A stretch of 20,000 nucleotides of DNA from an uncultured virus (IMG/VR IMGVR_UViG_3300046321_000078) (IMGVR_UViG_3300046321_000078); one strand, 5' to 3'. Positions 8,170 through 16,148 are shown, counted from the stretch's first letter. Translations and numbers: made by a program. Notes: generated by a model from the sequence alone, not told the origin.

Positions 8170-8477
8170 TATGTACCTCCGGTTTGTGAAATAATAGATT
8201 TTAACTTTTCTACTTGACGCTCTAAGTATTTAATTGTATTTTTAGCGTCTTCTACAAATCTTCGGTTCATTTGATATACTTTTTCAGTAGCTTTTAATTG
8301 GGTTTCAAGTTCAAAAATAATATCTTCTTTGCATATCCTCTGATGAGTAATCTCATTCTTAAGATATTCGTAAGCTGAGTATTCAATAACGTGTATGTCC
8401 GTAGGATTCACTTTTTCTTCTGAAAAAACATCTCCATATGCTGTATCATATTTGAGATAATATTCTTTTTTGCTCAT
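8169..8477 (-). CDS. Hypothetical coiled-coil protein
   Basis: 102 aa, GAGGAG RBS, heptad-like C-terminal half. Confidence 0.7.
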   Translation of the reverse strand: MSKKEYYLKYDTAYGDVFSEEKVNPTDIHVIEYSAYEYLKNEITHQRICKEDIIFELETQLKATEKVYQMNRRFVEDAKNTIKYLERQVEKLKSIISQTGGT

Positions 8478-9595
8478 TTTGACTCCTCCTCTTTACATAG
8501 ACCTTTCATTGTTTTTCCACCAGACATACACAAATCTAAATATGGGCAGTTTCCTCCAAAGTGGTCACGGCACCTGTCTGTATTCTTTGGAAATATTCCA
8601 GTACCTATAGCCTGAGTCACTACATCAATATTTTCTATAGTCATAGTCTCAAATTGCTTCGGCATATCTTGTATAATTACTTGAAACTCGGCTTCCGGTG
8701 TTACCACTTCAGCCCAGTCTCCATTACATCTATAAGCTTTGCCTGTTCCAGGTCCTGTCATTGGAGGATCAATCATATTATCACAGGTCTTGTGACTACT
8801 TTTCCCAATGTGATTACATTCTTTACAAGTTTTAACTCTGTTATAATTAAGATTCTTTTTCATAACTATAAAACCAGCTTTTCTAGTATTATAGTTATCA
8901 CCTTCCATATGTACATACAAGGCTAGTTGTGTTGACTTACTTGGACTATCCCATTCATAATCCCTAGCCGATGATTTATTATCAAGGATGACCGTGCCGT
9001 GACCTTCTACGTCTGCTATAAAGTCAATAAATCCTGAAAGCTCATCTCCAGATCCATTATCTGCTTTAATTTCTTTTTGAACGCAATGTACTTTTGTTAT
9101 CTTTGGTAGTATTTTTGTTTTGTATCCTTCAATTATATACTTAGCTTTATTTTTCATACATAGCCAGTTATGTAGATTGAAGAATGACTTCTCGTCATCC
9201 GTAAGCTTATCCCAAGACTCTTCCTTCTTCTTTATTACTAATTCACTGAACTTGAATTGTTTGATTTCACCTGAAGCAATTCTTTTTGCAATTTCTTCGT
9301 AATCGCTCGGTGTAAGTAAACTAGACTCATAATCTTTGTTCGCGTATAATAATTTCGTAGTTGTCGGTATATAGATCGGAGCTTTGTTAATAACTCCATT
9401 TGTCCAACACTTAAGGAAAGTTTCATAGGGGTCATTCTCCGTTTTCATTAGTAATTCATTTATAGCTTTATCTAATGCATCACCAAAGATTAATGCTGAT
9501 GATGTCCAAGTAGGTCGTATTTTCTTTATATAATGATACTCGTACATTTTTGGGCATTGTAAGAATTTAGAGGTGGAGCTGTGGCTAATTTTCAT
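8474..9595 (-). CDS. PD-(D/E)xK nuclease, Cas4/AddB(RecB)-like exonuclease
   Basis: ISHSS...FLQCP at the N-terminus, GFIDFIA...ILDNKSS catalytic motifs, QLALY motif, and C-terminal C-x7-CP-x4-C; lies near ERF. Confidence 0.88.
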   Translation of the reverse strand: MKISHSSTSKFLQCPKMYEYHYIKKIRPTWTSSALIFGDALDKAINELLMKTENDPYETFLKCWTNGVINKAPIYIPTTTKLLYANKDYESSLLTPSDYEEIAKRIASGEIKQFKFSELVIKKKEESWDKLTDDEKSFFNLHNWLCMKNKAKYIIEGYKTKILPKITKVHCVQKEIKADNGSGDELSGFIDFIADVEGHGTVILDNKSSARDYEWDSPSKSTQLALYVHMEGDNYNTRKAGFIVMKKNLNYNRVKTCKECNHIGKSSHKTCDNMIDPPMTGPGTGKAYRCNGDWAEVVTPEAEFQVIIQDMPKQFETMTIENIDVVTQAIGTGIFPKNTDRCRDHFGGNCPYLDLCMSGGKTMKGLCKEEESK

Positions 9596-9601
9596 AATTT
9601 T

Positions 9602-9630
9602 ACTATATCCTAGATTTCAGTTATTGTCAA
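9602..9630 (-). promoter_or_regulatory. Sigma70-type promoter for the nuclease (leaderless)
   Basis: TTGACA (9630-9625), 17 bp, TATAGT (9607-9602), 6 nt, ATG 9595. Confidence 0.8.
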
Positions 9631-10125
9631 GCGTTTCCATTGCAGCTTCAGATCTTTGTACTTTCCTGCTGACTTTCTTTTTCCGGATATGTGTTTGCTT
9701 AACATACTCACTGATATTTTATAGCTTGCTGCCGCTTCTGCTAAAGTTTTAAATATTTCTCCAGTAGTTAAACATACTACAGGTATCTTTGTACCCTTTC
9801 CAGTGACTTTCAATTCTATAGGCTGTTCTTTCTTTGACAATACATCATAAGGTGTTTCAATACCTTGTGTAGTCATGTAGCAATTATACAACAGATGTTG
9901 TAGGGATATTCTTTTCTTAATAATCTTAGTCCGGTTGGACATAAAACACCTAGCAGCTTGTAGTATATTACCTATATAATTAACATCTGCACCACTCTCC
10001 AGTACTTTTAATATAGATTCATTAAGGATATCGTCTATTTCTATACCTCGATAACCTCGATACCTATAGCTTAGTTTCTTCTTGAGTTTTAAAATATTAT
10101 TTGAGGTCAAATTGCATTTGTTCAT
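9610..10125 (-). CDS. Putative DNA-binding protein: sigma-region-2-like N-terminus plus NUMOD1-like C-terminus
   Basis: Start ATG 10125 after GAGGAGG. N-terminal EIDDILNESILKVLE; C-terminal IPVVCLTTGEIFKTLAEAAASYKISVSMLSKHISGKRKSAGK...W matches the NUMOD1/IENR1 pattern. Confidence 0.6.
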   Translation of the reverse strand: MNKCNLTSNNILKLKKKLSYRYRGYRGIEIDDILNESILKVLESGADVNYIGNILQAARCFMSNRTKIIKKRISLQHLLYNCYMTTQGIETPYDVLSKKEQPIELKVTGKGTKIPVVCLTTGEIFKTLAEAAASYKISVSMLSKHISGKRKSAGKYKDLKLQWKRLTITEI

Positions 10126-10282
10126 CTGTAACCTCCTCAGCGTATTCAATAGTAATACAAGCTTCTAAGTCTGCTAAAACTTCACTCATTGCTTCGGTAG
10201 TTATATTTACATACCCGTGTTTATTTGTGCTTTTTATAGTGAATAATCTAAGTTGTTCTATGAGTTGAGTTTTTGTTAACAA
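10097..10282 (-). CDS. Hypothetical protein
   Basis: 61 aa, TTG start with AAAGG. Confidence 0.55.
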   Translation of the reverse strand: MLTKTQLIEQLRLFTIKSTNKHGYVNITTEAMSEVLADLEACITIEYAEEVTDEQMQFDLK

Positions 10283-10305
10283 GTGAATGCCTTTCTTTTG
10301 TGTGT

Positions 10306-10635
10306 TTAATTTTTTGAGCGCATGTTAAGGTCTTCGGATTCATTATTACAAGTAACACATTCTACACCTTCACGCTTTAATTGTAACTGCTCCAGTGTTA
10401 GATTGCTAGCCAAATACTCTTGTATATCATCCTGAGATAATCTATCTGTTACTTCTTGTAATTCTTTTACAGAGATGCCTTGAGAAAGAAGATTAAAAAC
10501 TTCTTCTTTCTTTTGTTCGGTATTTTGTTTTTCTATTTGTTTTTGAATTTCCTCAGCTACGTTTTTCAATGGCTCAGGCTTATTAGAACATCCATAAGAA
10601 CTACTTGCTAACAATAACATAATTAATAGTTTCAT
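10306..10635 (-). CDS. Putative lipoprotein or exported protein
   Basis: Start moved to ATG 10635 (GGGAG RBS, downstream of a promoter): MKLLIMLLLASSSYGC; C-terminal CVTC. Confidence 0.6.
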   Translation of the reverse strand: MKLLIMLLLASSSYGCSNKPEPLKNVAEEIQKQIEKQNTEQKKEEVFNLLSQGISVKELQEVTDRLSQDDIQEYLASNLTLEQLQLKREGVECVTCNNESEDLNMRSKN

Positions 10636-10657
10636 GATAATCTCCCTTGTTATAGAC

Positions 10658-10686
10658 AGATTATCATTACCAAAATGTAATGTCAA
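10658..10686 (-). promoter_or_regulatory. Sigma70-type promoter
   Basis: TTGACA (10686-10681), 17 bp, TAATCT. Confidence 0.65.
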
Positions 10687-10692
10687 TACTTA

Positions 10693-10962
10693 TTATTCGG
10701 TAATTCTAGGTTTTCTTACTTCTTTATCAAAATGACACCCAAGTTTAGCTAGTGTCTTTTTAATCTTAATCTTGATTTTATGAGGACTTGTTGCTTCTAG
10801 TGTGATGTGAGTTGTATCATTGCCTACTGACTTAACAAAGCCTTTTGTGGGGCTTCCGGCAACAAAACCTACCCTATACTCAATACCTGCTTCATTTTTT
10901 ATGTAATTCTGTGAGATAAAGTTCCCATTAATATCTTTGATATATCTAATTCTTTTATTCAT
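10693..10962 (-). CDS. Hypothetical basic protein
   Basis: 89 aa, AGGA RBS. Confidence 0.7.
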   Translation of the reverse strand: MNKRIRYIKDINGNFISQNYIKNEAGIEYRVGFVAGSPTKGFVKSVGNDTTHITLEATSPHKIKIKIKKTLAKLGCHFDKEVRKPRITE

Positions 10963-10970
10963 ATTTCATC

Positions 10971-11225
10971 CTAGTGAAGTGTTTCAAAGTCCTTGTAGTC
11001 TTCTTCTGTTATATAAAACTCTAATAATAATTTAATTCGACGGTCTTCAAAAGCTTCTTGAATAACGTACCTACTATACTTCCATTGCAAATCTACCGCC
11101 ACATTTGTTAGAACATAGTCATCGAAGGTCAAGTGGCTTCCAGCTTGCTCATATCGTTCGGCTAGTTTTGTTATGCTGTGAGCTATGTGGTCAGCAATAA
11201 AATAAATATCGTCTTCTGTTGTCAT
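10971..11225 (-). CDS. Hypothetical acidic protein, probably leaderless
   Basis: 84 aa; ATG lies 6 nt after a -10 box. Confidence 0.7.
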   Translation of the reverse strand: MTTEDDIYFIADHIAHSITKLAERYEQAGSHLTFDDYVLTNVAVDLQWKYSRYVIQEAFEDRRIKLLLEFYITEEDYKDFETLH

Positions 11226-11369
11226 TCAATTACTATGCCACATATTTGCGGATTTGTCAAGTATAATCCACCGATGAGTGAATGGTATGAATAAGTTAGT
11301 GCCTGAAACTAAAACTAAGTTATTTTCTAATACACCAATCTGGTCATAATGGTAACTATATACTAACAT
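11226..11369 (-). CDS. Hypothetical protein, 47 aa
   Basis: Manually translated MLVYSYHYDQIG...WHSN; AAGGA RBS. Confidence 0.5.
   Translation of the reverse strand: MLVYSYHYDQIGVLENNLVLVSGTNLFIPFTHRWIILDKSANMWHSN
11232..11260 (-). promoter_or_regulatory. Sigma70-type promoter with extended -10
   Basis: TTGACA (11260-11255), 17 bp, TGgCATAGT, 6 nt, ATG 11225. Confidence 0.75.
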
Positions 11370-11370
11370 T

Positions 11371-11580
11371 TTATTCCTTTGTCTCAAGTCCTAGAGTTTT
11401 ATCATCATGATCTAAGTAATACTCACCGTCTTTGTCTTGTCTTAACTGCACACTATTATCATTTATTTCAATGTAAGGATCTGAGTGTACTATTTTTATG
11501 TCTCTAAATTCTCCATCTTTGGTGTACTGTCTTATGTAAGAATTTCCGTCCATATTTAGTAGAATTCCTTTTATTTTCAC
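11371..11580 (-). CDS. Hypothetical protein
   Basis: 69 aa, GTG start abutting the upstream stop. Confidence 0.65.
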   Translation of the reverse strand: MKIKGILLNMDGNSYIRQYTKDGEFRDIKIVHSDPYIEINDNSVQLRQDKDGEYYLDHDDKTLGLETKE

Positions 11581-12333
11581 TTAAATATCCTTAATCCTAT
11601 TATACATAAGAGTTGCGTATTCCAACTCTCCTCGATCTTCCCAGTATTTAATATTATTAAGGTTCCAATATTTATTTAGAAACTTATATAATTTTATTGC
11701 ATACTTTCCATACACTAGTGCCATGCAGAAATGCTGATTCTCTTCTGGGTATTTTTGAAAACTATGAAAGATTAAATCTAAGATATAGCACGGAATACTT
11801 AATAATAGGATGGGGTATAGTGTATAGAATTTTCCAGCTAGTATCATGTGACCTATATGCTGTGGTAACAATATATCTGCGCAGTCAAATACTTTGCGTT
11901 CTATAGTAGCACCTTGGTATGCTAAATCTTCTTTATGAAATACCGTTGTTACGTTTGGATTACTGTCTTTATAAAAATAATGTAATTGTTGATATTTTGT
12001 AGATCCGGCGGCATCTCTTTCTGTATTTTGTGCAAAAAAGAAAGATTTTAATCTATTTATAAGATTACTACGAACATAAGCTCTACCTGTGGTTGTTAAT
12101 GAAAGGCCAGCCACTAAGCATAGCATCTGATCTCTGCTGAAGTTTTTTGGATTTGTTGCTTTTGGAGTTTTTGGTCCACGTACAAACTCACTTGTCGTGC
12201 TTATGACGTAGTCGTTAGGATTGGGAGCTAAGTCACTCCGGCACACGTTTAACACTCCAGTCCTTACCGCACTATCCATGTAGTCTTCAGAGATAATGTC
12301 AGTAGGGTATCCATCTTGATCTAGTTTAATCAT
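11581..12333 (-). CDS. Hypothetical protein with an internal hydrophobic segment
   Basis: 250 aa, GAGG RBS; DYMDSAVRTG and FSRDQ motifs; LYPILLLSIPCYILDLIF is hydrophobic. Confidence 0.8.
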   Translation of the reverse strand: MIKLDQDGYPTDIISEDYMDSAVRTGVLNVCRSDLAPNPNDYVISTTSEFVRGPKTPKATNPKNFSRDQMLCLVAGLSLTTTGRAYVRSNLINRLKSFFFAQNTERDAAGSTKYQQLHYFYKDSNPNVTTVFHKEDLAYQGATIERKVFDCADILLPQHIGHMILAGKFYTLYPILLLSIPCYILDLIFHSFQKYPEENQHFCMALVYGKYAIKLYKFLNKYWNLNNIKYWEDRGELEYATLMYNRIKDI

Positions 12334-12345
12334 GTGATCCTCTGT

Positions 12346-12789
12346 TTAAAATTCGTAACCTAATCCAAATAATAATCCAGAACCTCTAGTGACGTCTAGT
12401 CCAATAAGGGGAGTTATACCATTGTCGAATTGATACTGATAAATCAAAGATGGTATATATCCAGTTTCAACTACGCCTTCTGCTATTTGTGTTGATCCTG
12501 ATGTAAAACTTTTGGCCCTTACATCAATCACGCTTTTGTGTCCGAGAATGGAAATAATATGTTTTTTAATCTTAGTCACTTCTTTAGTAGTTTCAATTGT
12601 TTCTATTTTTGTAATGACTACCGGCGGAGACTTTAGTTGTTTTTTAAGTCTAGCAATTTCAGAATATGCGTTTTTTAACCGTTCATCGCAGGTCTTTACC
12701 GGATTACATTGATATTCGGTATCGCCATCTTTTATTGTTTTACCGAAGCTTAGTGTTGACAGTAGTGTTATTAGTATTAGGTATTTCAT
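12346..12789 (-). CDS. Exported protein with C-terminal outer-membrane beta-signal
   Basis: Signal peptide MKYLILITLLSTLSFG, short coiled coil, alternating C-terminal strands ending GLLFGLGYEF. Confidence 0.65.
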   Translation of the reverse strand: MKYLILITLLSTLSFGKTIKDGDTEYQCNPVKTCDERLKNAYSEIARLKKQLKSPPVVITKIETIETTKEVTKIKKHIISILGHKSVIDVRAKSFTSGSTQIAEGVVETGYIPSLIYQYQFDNGITPLIGLDVTRGSGLLFGLGYEF

Positions 12790-13688
12790 TATTGAGCCTG
12801 TAATGTGCCGTTAGATAGCACTTTAAAGTTACAATTCATCCCATCGGTAGTTCGGTATATAATGTTTATACCAAGTTCCGCTAAGTATACCTTGTCAAGA
12901 TCGTCACATTGTCCGTATACATTCATTGCTGCATAGTATTTTCCACCGACTTTGATGAACATCTCTTTAGCATTAGCGCACGGAGCTTTAACCATAGTCA
13001 TCTGTTGACCGTTAACAATATTTGTAAGATTGGTCACGGTATTGTTTAGGTTGGTTACTTGCGTACTTAGGTTGTTGACTGTCCCACTTAGTGCGTTAAA
13101 CATAGCAATAGTAGCAAAGTTATTGTTAATATATAGTCGTAGATCTGCCAATTCTTGGTCAGTAGCTCCATTATTCTCTAGATTGATTACTCGATTTGTT
13201 AAGTTAGAAATAGATATATTTAAAGCATCTAGCGCGGCTTGTTGAACGCCGCTATTATTTGTAATATTTGTAAATTGCTGATTAACGTATTGAGTAACTG
13301 ATACGTTCAATGTTGATATTTGTGAACCGACCGATTGTTGTATAGTTGTCAGCTGTGCTTGAAGGTTTTGATCTGCCACAATACGATTGTTTATTTCAGT
13401 TTGTAAAACTTGCTGTTGATTAGCATCTGCGGTTTGCATTTCTAGGCGCAATTGTGCAATTTGCGAATGTAAACTAACGTGTTGTTGTGTCATATTTGCT
13501 TGAGTTGCTTCTAAAGCTGAAACTCTAGCGGCTAGTAAAGCATCGTTATTGAAGTTAAGTAATAACGATTGTTCCAAAGCAACTACTCTTGAGTTGTCTG
13601 CTGGAGTAGCTTCAACTCTCACCGTTTCAGTTTCTTTAGCGCATCCTAGTCCGACTAATACTACTAATGTTAAAATAAGCTGTTTCAT
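12789..13688 (-). CDS. Lipoprotein with a long coiled coil and a Cys-containing C-terminal domain
   Basis: MKQLILTLVVLVGLGC lipobox; N/Q/T-rich heptads (VNNLSTQVTNLNNTVTNL); C-terminal APC...YRTTDGMNCNF. Confidence 0.75.
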   Translation of the reverse strand: MKQLILTLVVLVGLGCAKETETVRVEATPADNSRVVALEQSLLLNFNNDALLAARVSALEATQANMTQQHVSLHSQIAQLRLEMQTADANQQQVLQTEINNRIVADQNLQAQLTTIQQSVGSQISTLNVSVTQYVNQQFTNITNNSGVQQAALDALNISISNLTNRVINLENNGATDQELADLRLYINNNFATIAMFNALSGTVNNLSTQVTNLNNTVTNLTNIVNGQQMTMVKAPCANAKEMFIKVGGKYYAAMNVYGQCDDLDKVYLAELGINIIYRTTDGMNCNFKVLSNGTLQAQ

Positions 13689-13705
13689 GTTTCTCCCTTT
13701 TTGTT

Positions 13706-13734
13706 AGTATATACTATTTAATCACATAAGTCAA
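13706..13734 (-). promoter_or_regulatory. Sigma70-type promoter
   Basis: TTGACT (13734-13729), 17 bp, TATACT (13711-13706), then GGGAG RBS and ATG 13688. Confidence 0.8.
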
Positions 13735-13867
13735 GTGCAAAATCTAAAATATCTGAATCATCCATAACTCTTAAATCTTCTAATTGTTCTTCTGATAAAG
13801 CAAAACCATCTACTACCCACCGATAAACTTGACTGATCGGTAGTTGTCTTAGTTCGTTCTTTGACAT
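13718..13867 (-). CDS. Small acidic protein, 49 aa
   Basis: Perfect AAGGAGGT RBS; MSKNELRQLP...DILDFALDLCD; not in the ORF track. Confidence 0.65.
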   Translation of the reverse strand: MSKNELRQLPISQVYRWVVDGFALSEEQLEDLRVMDDSDILDFALDLCD

Positions 13868-14015
13868 AAATACCTCCTTTTAAAATATTATATCCTTTAT
13901 TTTCTTTATGCAAATTATATTTATAAACTTTATCAATTTGATACACAAAAACTAATACTCCAGCTAAAATGCTATGTAAACTGTAATAAGTTAGCCATAT
14001 TTCAATTATTCCCAT
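13758..14015 (-). CDS. Hypothetical membrane protein (3' end overlaps the next gene)
   Basis: Hydrophobic N-terminal half; the C-terminal 110 nt overlap 13718-13867. Confidence 0.45.
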   Translation of the reverse strand: MGIIEIWLTYYSLHSILAGVLVFVYQIDKVYKYNLHKENKGYNILKGGIYVKERTKTTTDQSSLSVGSRWFCFIRRTIRRFKSYG

Positions 14016-14236
14016 CTTACACTCTTTTCATTTTCTGGTATACAGATATTTATTTTCAAAGCAGTTTTCATGTCCATATCTATCTTCCTAAAAAATCCAA
14101 ATACTCTTTGGTTTGATCCTATGATTGTTGCGCAGTAGTAACGAATTGCAGTCTCTTCTAATCTATAAAATTTCAGATTCTTATTCAATGCTTGTAACAT
14201 AGGTTGATCTTCATCTGCTATTAATTCGTAAACCAC
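14006..14236 (-). CDS. Hypothetical protein
   Basis: 76 aa, AGGAG RBS with GTG start. Confidence 0.65.
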   Translation of the reverse strand: MVYELIADEDQPMLQALNKNLKFYRLEETAIRYYCATIIGSNQRVFGFFRKIDMDMKTALKINICIPENEKSVRWE

Positions 14237-14370
14237 TGAAGTCTCCTAATCACGCCATTGACTCTATATTCAATTATATATTTACCTAGTAGGTAATACT
14301 GATCGACAATATGAGTGTCTTCTGAGGCCAATACAATACCTTTAAATACCAGATCTGATACTGTAATCAT
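14221..14370 (-). CDS. Hypothetical protein, 49 aa
   Basis: Manually translated MITVSDLVFKG...QWFTN; ATGA-coupled to the protease stop. Confidence 0.5.
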   Translation of the reverse strand: MITVSDLVFKGIVLASEDTHIVDQYYLLGKYIIEYRVNGVIRRLQWFTN

Positions 14371-14909
14371 TTGTACACCGATTTTAAATTATTAACATCA
14401 TATTCTGTAGTTTTTACCCTGTTCTCTTGGATGGCTAGATATCTATACATAACTGAACTACTGTTATCGTTATCAACCAGTCCTAGAGTATGTCCAAGCT
14501 CGTGCAATATTAAAGCGTCCATGTTGTAACCAGACTGACGTTCTCCGGTTCGATAATAATAGAAGTCTCTCATGTTTACAGATATATTTACTGAGTATAT
14601 ACAAGTACCCGACCATCGAGCCGATGTCATAGCTTGCTGTCGATTTGAATACTCCCAGGCTAAGGTGTTATTTACTGTATTTTTTGAAGACTCTGATAGT
14701 ACGAATAATGTTTTATTAAATTTAGTATTCCATTCATTGATGGCATATACTACAGACTCTTTTGTTTTAGCATCTAAACTATTAGTGTTTATTTCCAACG
14801 GTAAAGAACATTGAATAATACTCTCACCGTATACATTATGATTAAATCCGTTGTTTAATGTCGGTTTAACTGTGCATCCGGTTAAAAATAATAGTATTAA
14901 GTATTTCAT
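14367..14909 (-). CDS. Matrixin/M10-like zinc metalloprotease, lipoprotein
   Basis: HELGHTLGLVD (HExGHxxGLx[H/D]), Met-turn SVMY, AINEWN helix, lipobox FLTGC. Confidence 0.85.
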   Translation of the reverse strand: MKYLILLFLTGCTVKPTLNNGFNHNVYGESIIQCSLPLEINTNSLDAKTKESVVYAINEWNTKFNKTLFVLSESSKNTVNNTLAWEYSNRQQAMTSARWSGTCIYSVNISVNMRDFYYYRTGERQSGYNMDALILHELGHTLGLVDNDNSSSVMYRYLAIQENRVKTTEYDVNNLKSVYK

Positions 14910-15061
14910 AATTCTACCACTTTTTCATCTCCATGCTGATCAACCCATACTTGATACTCACTACCATCTTTACTTAAATATTGATAGTAGTGTACCCATA
15001 ATCCCTCTCCTTGTAAAGGATTATCGCAGATAAAAATATCAGTCTTATCATTTTTATACAT
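14906..15061 (-). CDS. Hypothetical protein, 51 aa
   Basis: Manually translated MYKNDKTDIF...EKVVEL; ATGA coupling. Confidence 0.5.
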   Translation of the reverse strand: MYKNDKTDIFICDNPLQGEGLWVHYYQYLSKDGSEYQVWVDQHGDEKVVEL

Positions 15062-15071
15062 TTCTTGGTAC

Positions 15072-15302
15072 TTATCCACAATGACTTCCTTTGTCTATTT
15101 TTATCTTAGATATCTCTAAATTACCATAACTACACCCAACAGTTGAGTACAACCATTGACTATCTCCACACTTCTGTACTTTTTCGAACTTTCTATTTCC
15201 CTTTTGTCTATTAATTTCAGCTTGAGCTAATTCGAATTTTGAAAATATACCCAATATAGTTCGATCGCTTTCTAGATCTTCAGTAACTAAAAATACATTC
15301 AT
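15072..15302 (-). CDS. Hypothetical phage protein
   Basis: MNVFLV...ILGIFSKFELAQ pattern common in small phage proteins; GAGG RBS. Confidence 0.7.
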   Translation of the reverse strand: MNVFLVTEDLESDRTILGIFSKFELAQAEINRQKGNRKFEKVQKCGDSQWLYSTVGCSYGNLEISKIKIDKGSHCG

Positions 15303-15303
15303 A

Positions 15304-15492
15304 CTAATCGTCCTCTTTAATTATTTTTTTTAAATAATTATAATCGTCATCTGTTAGTTCGACAAAGTGTACCATAGTAAAATAATGAATTAATGCTAAT
15401 GTTATGGCTAATGGTGGATTGGCAAAGAATGCAACTAATGTAATGACCGGTGAGTAAACAATTAGGTAAGAAATAATAATTATAATTATCAT
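15304..15492 (-). CDS. Small membrane protein
   Basis: Two hydrophobic segments; GGAG RBS. Confidence 0.65.
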   Translation of the reverse strand: MIIIIIISYLIVYSPVITLVAFFANPPLAITLALIHYFTMVHFVELTDDDYNYLKKIIKEDD

Positions 15493-15692
15493 AACATGTC
15501 TCCTATTGCTAGTATTTTGTTTTTAATTGTAAATACTTCTAAAACGTAACCATTGATTAATTCTGCCATATATTTTGCTGATTGTAAAGTGGCGTATGTA
15601 CGAATTATGTTATCATCTTTGTCTACATGAGCATATTCTAGAGATGCTGACGTAAAACTTGTTGGTTGTGATGTTATATCCTTTATGTTCAT
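15489..15692 (-). CDS. Hypothetical protein
   Basis: 67 aa, AAGG RBS. Confidence 0.65.
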   Translation of the reverse strand: MNIKDITSQPTSFTSASLEYAHVDKDDNIIRTYATLQSAKYMAELINGYVLEVFTIKNKILAIGDML

Positions 15693-15693
15693 G

Positions 15694-16059
15694 CTAACCT
15701 TTACAACAAGCTGATACTATAATAGAAAGAATAGTTTCATAGTGGTTGATATTCTCATATACGGCTGGGATATTTGGTTTAAAGAATCTGCGTATTTTTG
15801 GTGTTTTAAGTAGACGTTCTGTTTTTAAAATAACTTGGCGAGTGCTATCTTCCACTTTAAAACCTAAGGCTTTGAGTTTTTTAACATGAGAAGTATTAAA
15901 ATCTATACGACCATAGTAAGGATCTAAGGTACAGTGTTGCCAATCAAAACAACACGACCCTCCGTTGCTTACTACAGCATTTATCATCTGTTTAATTGTG
16001 TCATCAAAGTTCTTAGCCTTAAGTCTTTTTACTTCTTTACAAACAGCTTTTGCATTCAT
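15694..16059 (-). CDS. Hypothetical protein
   Basis: 121 aa, GAGGTG RBS, directly downstream of a promoter. Confidence 0.75.
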   Translation of the reverse strand: MNAKAVCKEVKRLKAKNFDDTIKQMINAVVSNGGSCCFDWQHCTLDPYYGRIDFNTSHVKKLKALGFKVEDSTRQVILKTERLLKTPKIRRFFKPNIPAVYENINHYETILSIIVSACCKG

Positions 16060-16077
16060 TTATCACCTCTTGTTTAT

Positions 16078-16106
16078 AGTTTATATCGTTATACTCGTGT
16101 TGTCAA
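16078..16106 (-). promoter_or_regulatory. Sigma70-type promoter (leftward member of a divergent pair)
   Basis: TTGACA (16106-16101), 17 bp, TAAACT (16083-16078). Confidence 0.75.
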
Positions 16107-16113
16107 TAACTAC

Positions 16114-16142
16114 TTGACAAATTTGTTATTATGTGTCATATT
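16114..16142 (+). promoter_or_regulatory. Sigma70-type promoter (rightward member of a divergent pair)
   Basis: TTGACA (16114-16119), 17 bp, TGtCATATT (16137-16142). Confidence 0.65.
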
Positions 16143-16148
16143 GATAAC

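Noticed and set aside
9238..9435. Nested minus-strand 65-aa ORF inside the nuclease gene
   Set aside because: Fully embedded in an alternate frame, with no motif or independent support.
13861..13890. Plus-strand TTGACA as an antisense promoter
   Set aside because: No good -10 box at 16-18 bp spacing; the hexamer is explained by the ATGTCAA start of the minus-strand gene.
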